64,000 bases of DNA from Actinomycetota bacterium (GCA_035711865.1 DASTBT010000004.1:6439-70438), one strand, 5' to 3'. Positions 18,039-28,266 are shown, numbered from the stretch's first letter. The notes: generated by a model from the letters alone, not told the origin. Made by a program: numbers and translations.

Positions 18039-19139
18039 ATGCGGAAGCAACCAGCGACGATGGCCGATCAGCGACTCACCGCCGAACATCAGTCACGCGA
18101 GGCCGATGCTCATGCATCGGCGGCGTCGGGCCGCGAGACGATGCCCGCCGGCCGGGTGCTGGTCGTGATCCTCGTGGCGCTGCTCGTCTGGGGCTTCCTG
18201 TATGCGCCCAGCCTCCGACGTGCCTCCGACGCCCAGCCGGAGGGAGCCCGGCGCACCGCGTCGCTGTGGGTGCTGCGGCCGATCGTGGCGATCAGCGACC
18301 TCCTGCAGATCACCGTGGTGACCGATGGGGCGATCGAAGCGCTCGGTCGAGACCCCGGTGCGGCGCCGGGTGGCACGATCAGCGTTCCGGGGCCGGAAGA
18401 TCTCCCCACGATCGGGCCGTCCGTCTCGGCTTCGCCCGCGCCCGACGAGCCGGTGACGACCGACACCGAGATCCGTCGGCCGACACCCGCCGACAAGCTG
18501 CGCGTCGTGGTGGTAGGAGACTCGCTCGCGGCCGGGCTCGGCGTGTACCTCGAGCGCGAGTTCCGGCCTGCCCTCGTGCGCGTGTCGAGGCAGGGTCGCA
18601 TCTCGACCGGCCTCTCACGGCTCGACTACTTCGACTGGATGGGCGCGATGCGCGAGATCGAGACCGGCTTCCGGCCGGATCTCGTCGTGGTCATGGTCGG
18701 AGACAACGACAACCAGGACCTGCAGACCCCCGGCGGCGACGTGGTGGCCGAGATCGGGTCGTTCGAATGGCCGAAGGCCTACCAGGAGCGGGTCGACGAG
18801 TTCACCAGGATCGCCGTCGACGGCGGCGCCCACGTCGCATGGGTCGGCCTTCCGATCGTCGACCGGAAAGAACGCTGGCCGGTGATGCAGCGGCAGAACT
18901 CCATCTTCGAGCGTGTCGTCGACACGGTGCCGAACGCGACCTACGTGGACACGTGGGATCGGTTCGCCAACCGTGACGGCGAGTACACGCCGTTCTACTG
19001 GCAAGACGGGCAAGCCGAGCTGGTCCGGGCCAGCGACGGCTTCCACTTCACGCCGGCGGGCTACGAGCTCATCGCCCAGGGCGTCGTCGACACGCTCGTC
19101 GACGAGTACCGGCTGGCGCCGAAGACGCTGACCGGCTGA
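18039..19139 (+). CDS. SGNH/GDSL hydrolase-type esterase (DUF459-like partner of MBOAT), N-terminal membrane anchor
   Basis: ATG lies 1 nt after the MBOAT stop. VVVGDSLAAGLG (GDS block) and the VVVMVGDNDNQD block. One N-terminal TM helix, then a Pro/Thr-rich linker. Confidence 0.75.
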   Translation: MRKQPATMADQRLTAEHQSREADAHASAASGRETMPAGRVLVVILVALLVWGFLYAPSLRRASDAQPEGARRTASLWVLRPIVAISDLLQITVVTDGAIEALGRDPGAAPGGTISVPGPEDLPTIGPSVSASPAPDEPVTTDTEIRRPTPADKLRVVVVGDSLAAGLGVYLEREFRPALVRVSRQGRISTGLSRLDYFDWMGAMREIETGFRPDLVVVMVGDNDNQDLQTPGGDVVAEIGSFEWPKAYQERVDEFTRIAVDGGAHVAWVGLPIVDRKERWPVMQRQNSIFERVVDTVPNATYVDTWDRFANRDGEYTPFYWQDGQAELVRASDGFHFTPAGYELIAQGVVDTLVDEYRLAPKTLTG

Positions 19140-19181
19140 CCGGCGACCGAACGTGCCGGCCCGCTCGTGCGCGCCCCGCGC

Positions 19182-20567
19182 TCAGACCTCGATCGGCACC
19201 TCTGGCAGGTTCGCCAGCGCAAGCTCCTCGTCCTCGGCGTCGAACTCGAAGTCCGGAAGCCGGTTGTTGAGGTAGTCGTCGTAGGCCTGCATGTCGAAGT
19301 GCCCGTGCCCCGAGAGGTTGAACAGGATCACGCGTTCCTCACCCGCCTCCCGCGCCGCGATCGCCTCGTCGACGGCGCCCTTGACGGCGTGGTTCGCCTC
19401 GGGCGCGGGCACGATGCCCTGCGCCTTCGCGAACCGCACGCCCGCCTCGAACGTCTCGTTCTGGGTGTAGGCGGCGGCCTCCATGAAGCCGTGCTTGACG
19501 AGCAGCGAGAGCGACGGCGCGTCGCCGTGATACCGAAGACCGCCGGCGTGCACGGGCGCGGGCACGAAGTCGTGGCCGAGCGTGTACATCGGCACGATCG
19601 GCGCGATCTGCGCCGTGTCGCCGAAGTCGTAGGCGAACCTGCCCTTGGTGAGGGTCGGGCACGCGGTCGGCTCGGTCGCCAGGAACCGCATGCCGGGGGT
19701 TTCGCCCCGGAGCTTGCCGGCCATGAAGGGATAGGCGATGCCACCGTAGTTCGAGCCTCCGCCGACACAGCCGATCACGACGTCGGGCACCTCGCCCGCC
19801 ATCTCCATCTGCTGCTGCGCCTCGAGGCCGACCACGCTCTGATGCAGCAGCACATGCCCGAGCACGCTGCCCAAGGCGTAGTTGGTGTCGTCGTGCGTCG
19901 CGGCGTCCTCGACCGCCTCGCTGATCGCGATGCCGAGGGACCCGGTGGAGTCGGGGTGGGCCTCGAGGATCGCCCGGCCGCTGTTGGTCTTGTCGCTGGG
20001 CGAGGGCACCACGCTCGCGCCGAAGGTCTCCATGAACACACGCCGATAGGGCTTCTGGTCGAACGAGGCCTTCACCATGTACACGTCGCACTCGAGACCG
20101 AACATCTGGCAAGCGAGAGCCATCGACGATCCCCACTGGCCCGCGCCGGTCTCGGTCGCGATGCGGCGGATGCCCGCTTCGCTGTTGAAGTAGGCCTGCG
20201 GCACCGCGGTATTCGGCTTGTGGCTGCCTGCCGGTGAGACGCCCTCGTACTTGAAGTAGATGCGGGCCGGCGTGTCGAGCGCCCGCTCGAGCCGCGTCGC
20301 CCGGAAGAGAGGAGTGGGTCTCCAGAGGCGATACGCGTCGATCACCGCGCCCGGGATGTCGATCCACTCGTCGGTGGAGACCTCCTGGCCGATCAACGAC
20401 ATGGGGAAGAGCGGGGCGAGGTCGGCGGGTCCGATCGGCTCCTTCGTCTGCGGGTTGAGCGGTGGAAGCGGCTCGATGCCGGCCTTCACGATGTCGGGCA
20501 TCAGGTTGAACCACGCCGTCGGGACCTGGTCGGGCTGCAGGTCGAACCGGGTGCGAACGTCGGACAT
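19182..20567 (-). CDS. TrpB2-type tryptophan synthase beta-subunit-like PLP enzyme
   Basis: 461 aa. PLP-lysine motif GSHKPNTAV and the Gly-rich loop [16 protein letters not shown]. The long N-terminal extension is characteristic of the TrpB2 clade. No trpA gene is adjacent. Confidence 0.8.
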   Translation of the reverse strand: MSDVRTRFDLQPDQVPTAWFNLMPDIVKAGIEPLPPLNPQTKEPIGPADLAPLFPMSLIGQEVSTDEWIDIPGAVIDAYRLWRPTPLFRATRLERALDTPARIYFKYEGVSPAGSHKPNTAVPQAYFNSEAGIRRIATETGAGQWGSSMALACQMFGLECDVYMVKASFDQKPYRRVFMETFGASVVPSPSDKTNSGRAILEAHPDSTGSLGIAISEAVEDAATHDDTNYALGSVLGHVLLHQSVVGLEAQQQMEMAGEVPDVVIGCVGGGSNYGGIAYPFMAGKLRGETPGMRFLATEPTACPTLTKGRFAYDFGDTAQIAPIVPMYTLGHDFVPAPVHAGGLRYHGDAPSLSLLVKHGFMEAAAYTQNETFEAGVRFAKAQGIVPAPEANHAVKGAVDEAIAAREAGEERVILFNLSGHGHFDMQAYDDYLNNRLPDFEFDAEDEELALANLPEVPIEV

Positions 20568-20603
20568 CGCAGATCCCTCCTCGCGGCTCGGTGAGGCGCG
20601 AGC

Positions 20604-20930
20604 CTACCCTTCGCCCGGACGCGTCGCCACCTCGACCCAGCCGTCGACCTCGCGGGCCTGGAACACCGGGAGCGGGTCGGCAGCGGGCCCTTCGACCGGT
20701 TCCCCGTTCTCGACGTCGAAGACGCTGCCGTGGCAGACGCACTCGACGGTCGCGGTGCGGTCGTCGAACACCCCCTCGGCGAGGGAACACCCCTGGTGCG
20801 TGCATTCGTCACCGAAGGCGTACAGATGCGCCTCGACCTGCGCGATCGTCACGCGCCCCGCCGGCGTGTCGTAGGCGCGCATCTCGCCCTCGGGGATCTC
20901 GCCCAGCGCTCCGACCCGCAGGAAGTCCAT
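20604..20930 (-). CDS. Rieske [2Fe-2S] domain protein
   Basis: CTHQGCSL … CVCHGSVF (CxH…CxxH). Confidence 0.8.
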   Translation of the reverse strand: MDFLRVGALGEIPEGEMRAYDTPAGRVTIAQVEAHLYAFGDECTHQGCSLAEGVFDDRTATVECVCHGSVFDVENGEPVEGPAADPLPVFQAREVDGWVEVATRPGEG

Positions 20931-20943
20931 CGTCAGCCTCCCG

Positions 20944-21600
20944 TCAGGCCCGGCTCAGGGCCGTGAACCCACGCTGAAGCACCGTGAGCACGCCGAGCGC
21001 CGAGAGCAGGATCAACGCCGGGAACATCATGCCGGGGATCAGCAGCCCCACCATCAGGGCCAGCATGCGCTCGAGCCGCTGAAACAGCCCCTCGGTCAGG
21101 CTGAGGCCGGCGGCCTCGGCCTCCGCGCGGATCTGGCTTACCCCGAGGCTCACGACCAACGTCAGCAGGGCGAGAGCGGCCTGCACGGTCTCGCCCTGCG
21201 ACGCGAGGCTCCAGAAGAGGCTCGAGAACAGGATCATGTCCGAGACGCGGTCGAGCACGGAATCCATGAACGCGCCCGAGCGCCCCTCCTCACCTCGATG
21301 CCTCGCGACGGAACCGTCGAACACGTCCAGCACTCCCCCGATGATGAGCAGGAAGCCGGCGACGAGCCAGTTGCCGGCCACGATCTGCCAGCCGGCCAAC
21401 ACGATCACGAGCGGAGAGAGCAGCGTGAGCTGCCAGGGCCGAACGCCCGTCCAGATCAGGAACGCGAGGATCGCCCGGTAGGGCCAGGCGAGCAGCCGCT
21501 GCACCACGCCGCCCGCAGCGCTTTCGTTCTTGCGGGGCGGGGGCAGGTCCCGCACCCGTGGTGCCTCGCGCTCTGCCCGATGGGTGCGATCGTTGACCAC
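20944..21600 (-). CDS. CDP-alcohol phosphatidyltransferase family protein
   Basis: Signature D-G-x2-A-R-x8-G-x3-D-x3-D is present as LDVFDGSVARHRGEEGRSGAFMDSVLDRVSD, with 5-6 TM helices. Confidence 0.75.
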   Translation of the reverse strand: MVNDRTHRAEREAPRVRDLPPPRKNESAAGGVVQRLLAWPYRAILAFLIWTGVRPWQLTLLSPLVIVLAGWQIVAGNWLVAGFLLIIGGVLDVFDGSVARHRGEEGRSGAFMDSVLDRVSDMILFSSLFWSLASQGETVQAALALLTLVVSLGVSQIRAEAEAAGLSLTEGLFQRLERMLALMVGLLIPGMMFPALILLSALGVLTVLQRGFTALSRA

Positions 21601-21628
21601 TAGTCCATGCCAGACGAGTTCCCAGGGA

Positions 21629-22168
21629 TCATCCCGCGAACGGCTCGAAATCCATGACGACGTACCTCACCGTGCCGGCAGGAGCCTCGTAGGCGATCTC
21701 TTGCTGCGCGGTCGAGCCCATCAGCGCGAGGCCGAGCGGCGACGACGTGGTCACCGTGCGGACACCCGGCGCCTTCTCCTCGGCGTGCTCGGCGAGCAGA
21801 TAGGTCTCCGTGTCGTCGTCATCTTCGTCGAGCGGGCGGATCGTCACGAGCATGCCGGACGCCACCTCGTCGGAGTGTTGGGGAGCCTCCACGATCTCCG
21901 GGTCTCGCAGCATGTGCTGCAACTTGCGGATCTTCGACTCCATCAGGCCCTGCTCTTCCTTGGCCGCGTGGTACTCGGCGTTCTCGCTCAGGTCGCCCAG
22001 CTCGCGCGCCGCCTTGATCTTCTCGGTGACACGCGGACGCCCTTCGGTGGTGAGCTGCTCGAGCTCGGACTTGACGCGCAGGTACGCATCGAGGGTCAGG
22101 GTCGCGGTCGGCTCGTGCCCGGCGGCTCGGGGAGGCCGGTTCCGTAGTTCTTCGGGGAGCTCAGGCAT
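21629..22168 (-). CDS. greA: transcription elongation factor GreA
   Basis: N-terminal coiled coil (TLDAYLRVKSELEQLTTEGRPRVTEKIKAARELGDLSENAEYHAAKEEQ) and the C-terminal FKBP-like domain. Confidence 0.85.
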   Translation of the reverse strand: MPELPEELRNRPPRAAGHEPTATLTLDAYLRVKSELEQLTTEGRPRVTEKIKAARELGDLSENAEYHAAKEEQGLMESKIRKLQHMLRDPEIVEAPQHSDEVASGMLVTIRPLDEDDDDTETYLLAEHAEEKAPGVRTVTTSSPLGLALMGSTAQQEIAYEAPAGTVRYVVMDFEPFAG

Positions 22169-22222
22169 GTGGCGAGTCTAGTGGGCGGACAGCGGGCGGT
22201 CTCGACTGCCGCGTTCGGAGAT

Positions 22223-23653
22223 TCATTCCTCGGAGAAGTAGACGTTCTTGACCTCCGTGTACAGGTGGGCGGCGGCCATGCCCATCTCGCGGCCAAGGCC
22301 GCTGCGCTTGAACCCGCCGAACGGCGCCTCGGTGTGCACGCTCGACGCCGAGTTCACGCTGAGGTTGCCCGTGCGGATGGCCTTGGCCACACGGATCGCG
22401 CGCCCGAGGTCCCGCGTCCAGATCGAGCCGGACAATCCGAAGGGAGAGTCGTTCGCCAGCCGCACGGCTTCCTCCTCGGTGTCGAAGGGGATCAGGCAGA
22501 CGACGGGTCCGAAGATCTCCTCCTGAGCTACCCGCCACGAGTTGCTGACGTCGGCCAGCACCGCGGGGCGCATGAAATAGCCGTCACCGTCGGGCACGGC
22601 GCCGCCGGTCACGTGACGGGCGCCCTCGTCGATGCCGATGGCGAGGTAGTCGAGCGAGGTCTGTCGTTGCCGGGCCGAGATCAGCGGTCCCATCTCCGTG
22701 CTCTCGTCCAGTGGCTGGCCGACGACGACCGACTCGGTACGTTTGGCGAACCGATCCACGAACTCGTCGTAGACCCGGCGCTGCACGAACTGGCGTGAGC
22801 GGGCGCAGCAGTCCTGTCCGGCGTTGTCGAAGACCGACCACAGCGACTTCTCGACGCACACATCGAGGTCGGCGTCGTCGAAGACCACGTTGGCCGACTT
22901 CCCGCCGAGTTCGAGCGAGACACGCGTGATGTTCTCCGCGGCGGCCTGCATCACGCCGGTGCCGACCTCCGTTGAGCCGGTGAACGAAACCTTCGCGACC
23001 CGCGGATCGGCGATCAGGGCCCTGCCGACCGAAGAACCGGGCCCCGGCAGCACGCTGAGCGTGCCTTCGGACAGTCCGCTCCCGTAGAGGATCTCAGCGA
23101 TCCGCAGGATCGTGAGGGGGGTTTGCGACGCTGGCTTGAGCACGGCCGCATTGCCGCACGCAAGAGCCGGGGCGATCTTCCACGTCGCGATGACGGTCGG
23201 GAAGTTCCACGGCGCGATCAACACACACACACCGACCGGTTCCCGCAGGGTCACGTCGAGCCCCGGCGGCACGATCGGGATCGTCTCTCCGAAGATCTTG
23301 TTCGCCGCTCCGCCCCAGTACTCGAAGACGTTGGCGACGATGTCGATCTCTCCGCGGGCGGCGGTGATCGGCTTCCCCCCGTTGCGTGCCTCGAGCTCGG
23401 CGAGCTCCTCCTGCCTTTCCCGGATCGCGAGCGACGCGTTCGTCAACACGCGTCCGCGTTCGCGGGCGGACATCCGCGTCCAGGCCCCCTCTTCGAACGC
23501 CTCGACCGCCACGTCGATCGCGCGTCGAGCGTCGTCGACGCCGGCCCTGGCTACCTCGGCCATCGACGCCCCGGTCGCCGGTTCGACCACCTCGTCGATC
23601 GCCCCGTCGAGGGACGCGACGCGCTCGCCCCCAAGCACCATCAGCTCAGCCAT
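22223..23653 (-). CDS. NAD(P)-dependent aldehyde dehydrogenase
   Basis: 476 aa. Catalytic region FDNAGQDCCA, the SLELGGKS glutamate box and the Rossmann motif FTGSTEVG. The 300-codon N-terminal extension of the ORF was excluded. Confidence 0.85.
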   Translation of the reverse strand: MAELMVLGGERVASLDGAIDEVVEPATGASMAEVARAGVDDARRAIDVAVEAFEEGAWTRMSARERGRVLTNASLAIRERQEELAELEARNGGKPITAARGEIDIVANVFEYWGGAANKIFGETIPIVPPGLDVTLREPVGVCVLIAPWNFPTVIATWKIAPALACGNAAVLKPASQTPLTILRIAEILYGSGLSEGTLSVLPGPGSSVGRALIADPRVAKVSFTGSTEVGTGVMQAAAENITRVSLELGGKSANVVFDDADLDVCVEKSLWSVFDNAGQDCCARSRQFVQRRVYDEFVDRFAKRTESVVVGQPLDESTEMGPLISARQRQTSLDYLAIGIDEGARHVTGGAVPDGDGYFMRPAVLADVSNSWRVAQEEIFGPVVCLIPFDTEEEAVRLANDSPFGLSGSIWTRDLGRAIRVAKAIRTGNLSVNSASSVHTEAPFGGFKRSGLGREMGMAAAHLYTEVKNVYFSEE

Positions 23654-23740
23654 CGGTCCCACCTCCGTGCGGTGAACGAGGGGCACATCGTAGACCCACG
23701 CCGTACCCTTGGCCGTCCGACCGACGAAGGGAGGCGCGCC

Positions 23741-24508
23741 ATGCGGCTCGAAGGAAAGGTGGCACTGATCACGGGAGGTGCCAGCGGCATGGGGAAGATC
23801 GCGTCGGAGCTCTTCGCGAACGAAGGCGCGAAGGTCGTTCTCACCGACGTGGACGACGGAGCCGGTGGATCGACGGCGACGGCGATCGGCGATCAAGCGT
23901 ACTACGTGCACGCCGATGTCTCGAGGGAGTCCGACGCGGCGGCGATGGTGGCGGCCACGGTCGAGCGCTTCGGCCGGCTCGACGTGCTCTACAACAACGC
24001 GGGGATCATGCCGCTGGACGACGGATCGGTGACCGACGCCGACGGCTCGATCTGGGACACGGTGCTGGCGGTCAACGTGAAGGGCGTGATGTTCGGCTGC
24101 AAGTTTGGGATCCCCGCGATGCTCGAAACGGGCGGCGGGTCGATCATCAACGTCGCATCGTTCGTCGCGTGGCTCGGAGCGGCGACTTCGCAGACGGCAT
24201 ACACCGCATCGAAGGGCGCCGTGCTCGCGATGACCCGTGAGGTAGCGGTCGAGTACGCGCGGAAAGGCATCCGGTGCAACGCTCTGTGCCCCGGGCCGAT
24301 CGAGACGCCTCTCCTGGCCGCGCTGCTGTCCGACGATGCGAAGAAGCAGCGTCGGTTCGTGCACATCCCGATGGGTCGGCTCGGACAGGCCGAGGAGCTC
24401 GCGAAGGCCGCGCTCTTCCTGGCCAGCGACGACTCGAGCTACATGACGGGCGCGAGCCTGATCGTCGACGGCGGTATCACGGCGGCCTACGTAACGCCGG
24501 AAGACTGA
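23741..24508 (+). CDS. short-chain dehydrogenase/reductase (SDR)
   Basis: TGGASGMGK cofactor motif, NNAG, the Ser-Tyr-Lys triad (S…YTASK). GAAGGGAGG RBS upstream. Confidence 0.85.
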   Translation: MRLEGKVALITGGASGMGKIASELFANEGAKVVLTDVDDGAGGSTATAIGDQAYYVHADVSRESDAAAMVAATVERFGRLDVLYNNAGIMPLDDGSVTDADGSIWDTVLAVNVKGVMFGCKFGIPAMLETGGGSIINVASFVAWLGAATSQTAYTASKGAVLAMTREVAVEYARKGIRCNALCPGPIETPLLAALLSDDAKKQRRFVHIPMGRLGQAEELAKAALFLASDDSSYMTGASLIVDGGITAAYVTPED

Positions 24509-24867
24509 CCCTTTCCCGATCGATCCGCCGATTTCAGCCGATCTGGACCGCTCGCAGCGAACGAGGCTGCCGAGCCATTCCACTCGATCTTCACATGGCG
24601 GAACGAAACGTTACAGCGCGAGGCTTGCGCCGAGGAACGTCGAGACCATCCTCGCCACGGTCTTGTTCACCGACGTCGTGGCTTCGAGGCGAGGCTCACC
24701 GATCTCGCGCAAACGCGACTGGCGCGAGTCCGGACCGGCCCCCCAGCGATGCAAGCGAACCGGAGTTGAATGGAACCCCCGATCGGTGGCGACTTCTCCG
24801 ATGTCGTCTAGGCATGACGGGATGCTCCGTCATCGATCCGCAAGCGGTTCCGGGCACCACTCTCGGC

Positions 24868-26388
24868 TCACGTGCCGAAGACTCCGCGGAGCGCTCCGTA
24901 CACCGCACGGTATCGCCCGTACGCCTCCTCGTAGGCTTCACGCGTCGAGGGATCCGGCTCGTGCTCGTCGGGACGGAACCGCACGAACGCCTCCACCGCG
25001 CTCGACACGCTGTCGTGCACGCCGGCTCCAACCGCCGCGAGGATCGCGGCCCCGGTCGCCGTCGTCTCGACCGACTCTGGCACCCGCACGGGCAGCCCCG
25101 TCACGTCGGACTTGATCTGCCGCCACAGGGGGCCCTTCGCGCCCCCACCCACGATCGTCAGCCGCCGCACGTCCAGGCCGGCGTGCTTCATCGCGTCGAG
25201 GATGTCGCGCAATGCGAACGCGCTCCCTTCGAGGATCGCGCGCGTCATGTGGTCGCGCGTGTGAGCGAGCGAGAGCCCGTAGAAGACCCCCCGGGCGGCC
25301 CCGTTCCACTCGGGGGCCATCGCGCCCTGCATACAGGGGAGGAACACGAGTCCCTCCGCGCCCGCGTCGATGTGACCGGCCTCCGTCGACAGGAAGTCGT
25401 ACGCGTCGCCCAGTCCCACGGCTTCCGCGTCGCGCTCGATCGGCGCGAACTGGTCGCGCCACCACCGCAGATTGCCACCTGAGACGAAGCCGGGGTTCTC
25501 GAGCAGCCACGTATCGGGATCGGCGTGCGGGTGGCACTCGACCAGCATCGTCGGGTCCTCGCGCGGCTCCGCGCTCGCTGCACAGACCGGCTCGGCGGTG
25601 CCGACCACGTCGCAGACGTCGCCCGGGGCGTACACGCCTGCGCCGAGCGTCGCGGCCATCTCGTCGCCGCAGCCGATCGCCACGACGGTCGACGGATCGA
25701 GGCCGCTCGCGTCGGCGAACGCTACCGTGACGGTTCCGACCGCCTCGGTACCCGCCCCGAGCCGCGGCAGCATCGTTTCGTCGATCTCGGTCGCCGCGAG
25801 CGCCTCCGAGGACCATTCGCGCGAGCGGGGATCGAGAAGCGCGAGCGAGCTGGCGTTCGAGTAGTCGACCGCGACCTCCCCGGTCACGTGGCGCAGCACG
25901 AACGAGCCTGGCGGCATCACGTAGCGGGCCTCCTTCCATGCCCCCGGCTCCTCGTCACGGACCCACATCGCCTTGAAGACCGCGTGCGAGGAGTCGAGGT
26001 TCGCGCCGACGGCCCGGTAGAACTCGGGAGGCGACATGCGTTCCCCAAGGGCGGCGGCCTGGGCCTCCGCACGCCGGTCCATCCAGATCATCGCCGGGCG
26101 CACGGGCACGCCATTCTCGTCACATACCACCATGCCGTCGAGCTGCGAGCCGAACGACAGGCCCCGGATCGCAGCGGCACCCTCGGGGCTCGAGGCGACG
26201 AGCCGCGCGCACGCCCGCTGGACGGCCGCCGTCCACAACGCCGGATCCTGCTCGGCCCAGGCGGGCTGCGGGAACGACACGTCGTACGCCTCGTACGCCG
26301 AGTCAACGAGCTGCCCGTCGTCGCGGTACAGGGCGGCGTTCGTGCCCTGGCTCCCGACGTCGCAGCCGATCACGTAGACGGGGCTCAC
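24868..26388 (-). CDS. FGGY family carbohydrate kinase (xylulokinase-like)
   Basis: GTG start overlaps the stop of the upstream dehydrogenase (GTGA). YVIGCDVGSQGTNAALY N-terminal motif and the C-terminal GGGAKGPLWRQI motif. Confidence 0.8.
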   Translation of the reverse strand: MSPVYVIGCDVGSQGTNAALYRDDGQLVDSAYEAYDVSFPQPAWAEQDPALWTAAVQRACARLVASSPEGAAAIRGLSFGSQLDGMVVCDENGVPVRPAMIWMDRRAEAQAAALGERMSPPEFYRAVGANLDSSHAVFKAMWVRDEEPGAWKEARYVMPPGSFVLRHVTGEVAVDYSNASSLALLDPRSREWSSEALAATEIDETMLPRLGAGTEAVGTVTVAFADASGLDPSTVVAIGCGDEMAATLGAGVYAPGDVCDVVGTAEPVCAASAEPREDPTMLVECHPHADPDTWLLENPGFVSGGNLRWWRDQFAPIERDAEAVGLGDAYDFLSTEAGHIDAGAEGLVFLPCMQGAMAPEWNGAARGVFYGLSLAHTRDHMTRAILEGSAFALRDILDAMKHAGLDVRRLTIVGGGAKGPLWRQIKSDVTGLPVRVPESVETTATGAAILAAVGAGVHDSVSSAVEAFVRFRPDEHEPDPSTREAYEEAYGRYRAVYGALRGVFGT

Positions 26389-27440
26389 GGCACGATCACC
26401 ATCTTCAGACCGGTACCGGAGCGGATCGTCTCGAACGCCTCTGCGATGCGCTCGAGCGGCCATCGGTGGGTGACGACGGCGGCGAGCACTTCTTGCTTGC
26501 GATCGAGGTAGTCCATCGTGATGCGGTACTGGCGGTGCGTGGCACCGTACGCACCACGGATGTCGAGCTCCTTGTAATGCAGCTCGTTCATGTCGAGCGG
26601 GCTCACGGGGTCGTGTTTCGGCAGGCCGGCGAAGTACACGAGGGTCGCGCGCTTCGCCGCCATCTCCAGCGCGGCCTGCTGCGCCGGCTTCGCGGGCGCC
26701 GCCACGCTCACGCGCTCGGCGCCGTGCCCACCGGTGCGCGAGCGAACCTCCTCGACACCGTTGTCGTCGCCTGCGACCCACGCGTCGTCGACGACGTCGC
26801 CGACCGCATCGAGCGCGATCTTCAGGCGATCGCCCGACACATCGGTGAGGAACACCTTGGACGCGCCCCGGTCGCGCGCCATCACCGCCTGCCAGCAGCC
26901 GATCGGGCCGGTGCCGAGGATCACGACCGTGTCCCCGAGGCGCACGTCGAGTTGCTCGATGCCGTTCAGCGCGCACGCGAACGGATCGGCCACCGTCGCG
27001 AGGTCGCTCGGCAGGTCGGGCGGCAGCGGGATCAGGTTCTTCGTCGCGATCGGCGGCACCGCCGCGAGCTCCGCGTACGCCCCCGGATAAGGGTCGTACC
27101 CGTAGAGGAGGTGGTGCTCGCAGAGGTTCTGGAAGCCCTCGAGGCACCAACGGCATTCCCCGCACGTGAGGATCGAGCCGAGGAACACACGATCACCCGG
27201 TGAGACGCCCGGCGGCAGATCGGCGTGCGCCCCCACGTGCTCGAGCACGCCGACCGGTTCGTGGCCGAGGAGCCACGGCGCCGGCGCCTTCGGGTCGCCG
27301 TTGAAGAACGTGCGTGCGTCGGTGCCGCAGATGCCGCACGCCTCGACCCGAAGCAGCGCGCCCGCCGGGTCGAGCTCTGGTTCCCCCACGTCGTCGCGCA
27401 CCTCGATCGCATCGACATCGGTCATGAATGCGGCGCGCAT
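26385..27440 (-). CDS. zinc-dependent alcohol/polyol dehydrogenase (MDR family, sorbitol/threonine dehydrogenase-like)
   Basis: CGICGTD…GHEPVG catalytic-zinc motif, CGEC structural-zinc motif, GTGPIG Rossmann motif. Alternative start at 27458. Confidence 0.8.
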   Translation of the reverse strand: MRAAFMTDVDAIEVRDDVGEPELDPAGALLRVEACGICGTDARTFFNGDPKAPAPWLLGHEPVGVLEHVGAHADLPPGVSPGDRVFLGSILTCGECRWCLEGFQNLCEHHLLYGYDPYPGAYAELAAVPPIATKNLIPLPPDLPSDLATVADPFACALNGIEQLDVRLGDTVVILGTGPIGCWQAVMARDRGASKVFLTDVSGDRLKIALDAVGDVVDDAWVAGDDNGVEEVRSRTGGHGAERVSVAAPAKPAQQAALEMAAKRATLVYFAGLPKHDPVSPLDMNELHYKELDIRGAYGATHRQYRITMDYLDRKQEVLAAVVTHRWPLERIAEAFETIRSGTGLKMVIVP

Positions 27441-27441
27441 C

Positions 27442-28266
27442 TCAGCCGGTTTCCTCACGCAGCGCGTCGAGGGCCTTCTCCGCGGTCCACCGATCGCGGA
27501 TCACCCGGGAGAGCGCCCGCGTGATCGCCTCTGGGTCCCGGTGCATGAAGATGTTGCGGCCGACCGAGCATCCGATCGCGCCGACCGCCATCGCCTGTTC
27601 CATGCGCGAGAGCAGCTCCGCGTCCTCGAGCCGTGAGCCGCCTGCGAGCACGACCGGGATGCCGTTGGCCGCTTCCACACATCTCCCGAACGACTCTTGA
27701 TCGCCCGGCCAGTTCGTCTTCACGATGTCGGCGCCCAGCTCCGCACAGAGCCGCACGTTGCGACGCAGGTACTCGAACCCGTACTGCTGCTTGAGCTCCT
27801 CGACCGTGGCGTAGGTCGTCGGGAACTCAGCCTCCGCGATGAACGGCATACCGAGGAACGCGCATTCACGTCCGACGGCCGACAGGATGTCGATCATGCC
27901 GGCCTCGGTGTCGCCGCCCAGCGCCGTGAAGAGTACGACCGCGTCGGCACCGAGAGTCAGGGCCTCCTCGACCTCGGCGATCTGGACGATCTGCGGCCGT
28001 CCGCCGTCGGGCGAAGCGCTCGCCGACAGGAGCAGGGCGAGCGACGTCGTGGGGCCGAAACCCTCCGCGGCGATGCGGATCATCCCCTTGCTCATCATGA
28101 TCACGTTCGAGCCTCCCGCGACCGCTTCCCGGGTGCGCTGGGTGATGTCGCCGAGCGGTTCGAGGAACGTGGGCGAGGTCATGCCGTGGTCGAGCGCGCA
28201 GATCACCGACGCTCCGTCGGCGTCGATCACTCGCTTCAGCCGCATCGTCTTGCCGACGCTGGTCAT
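27442..28266 (-). CDS. class I aldolase (DhnA/FbaB-type fructose-bisphosphate aldolase family)
   Basis: 274 aa with the Schiff-base lysine context ADIVKTNWPGD and a TIM-barrel-like pattern. GGAGGAG RBS. The start overlaps the GntR stop (TGATG). Confidence 0.65.
   Translation of the reverse strand: MTSVGKTMRLKRVIDADGASVICALDHGMTSPTFLEPLGDITQRTREAVAGGSNVIMMSKGMIRIAAEGFGPTTSLALLLSASASPDGGRPQIVQIAEVEEALTLGADAVVLFTALGGDTEAGMIDILSAVGRECAFLGMPFIAEAEFPTTYATVEELKQQYGFEYLRRNVRLCAELGADIVKTNWPGDQESFGRCVEAANGIPVVLAGGSRLEDAELLSRMEQAMAVGAIGCSVGRNIFMHRDPEAITRALSRVIRDRWTAEKALDALREETG

Noticed and set aside
22223-24583. N-terminal 310-codon extension of the aldehyde dehydrogenase ORF and the 618-codon extension of the 23123-24508 ORF
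   Set aside because: The ALDH and SDR families have well-defined N-termini (MAELMVLGG… and MRLEGKVALITGG…) with RBS-like sequences. The extensions are junk-like and overlap each other on opposite strands.
24640-24760. Adenylyl-cyclase-like motif ILATVLFTDVVAS in ORF 24663-25115
   Set aside because: Only a ~10-residue resemblance to the start of class III cyclase domains. The remaining translation is Arg/Ser/Pro-rich with no further cyclase motifs, and the region is the intergenic 3' tail of two convergent operons.
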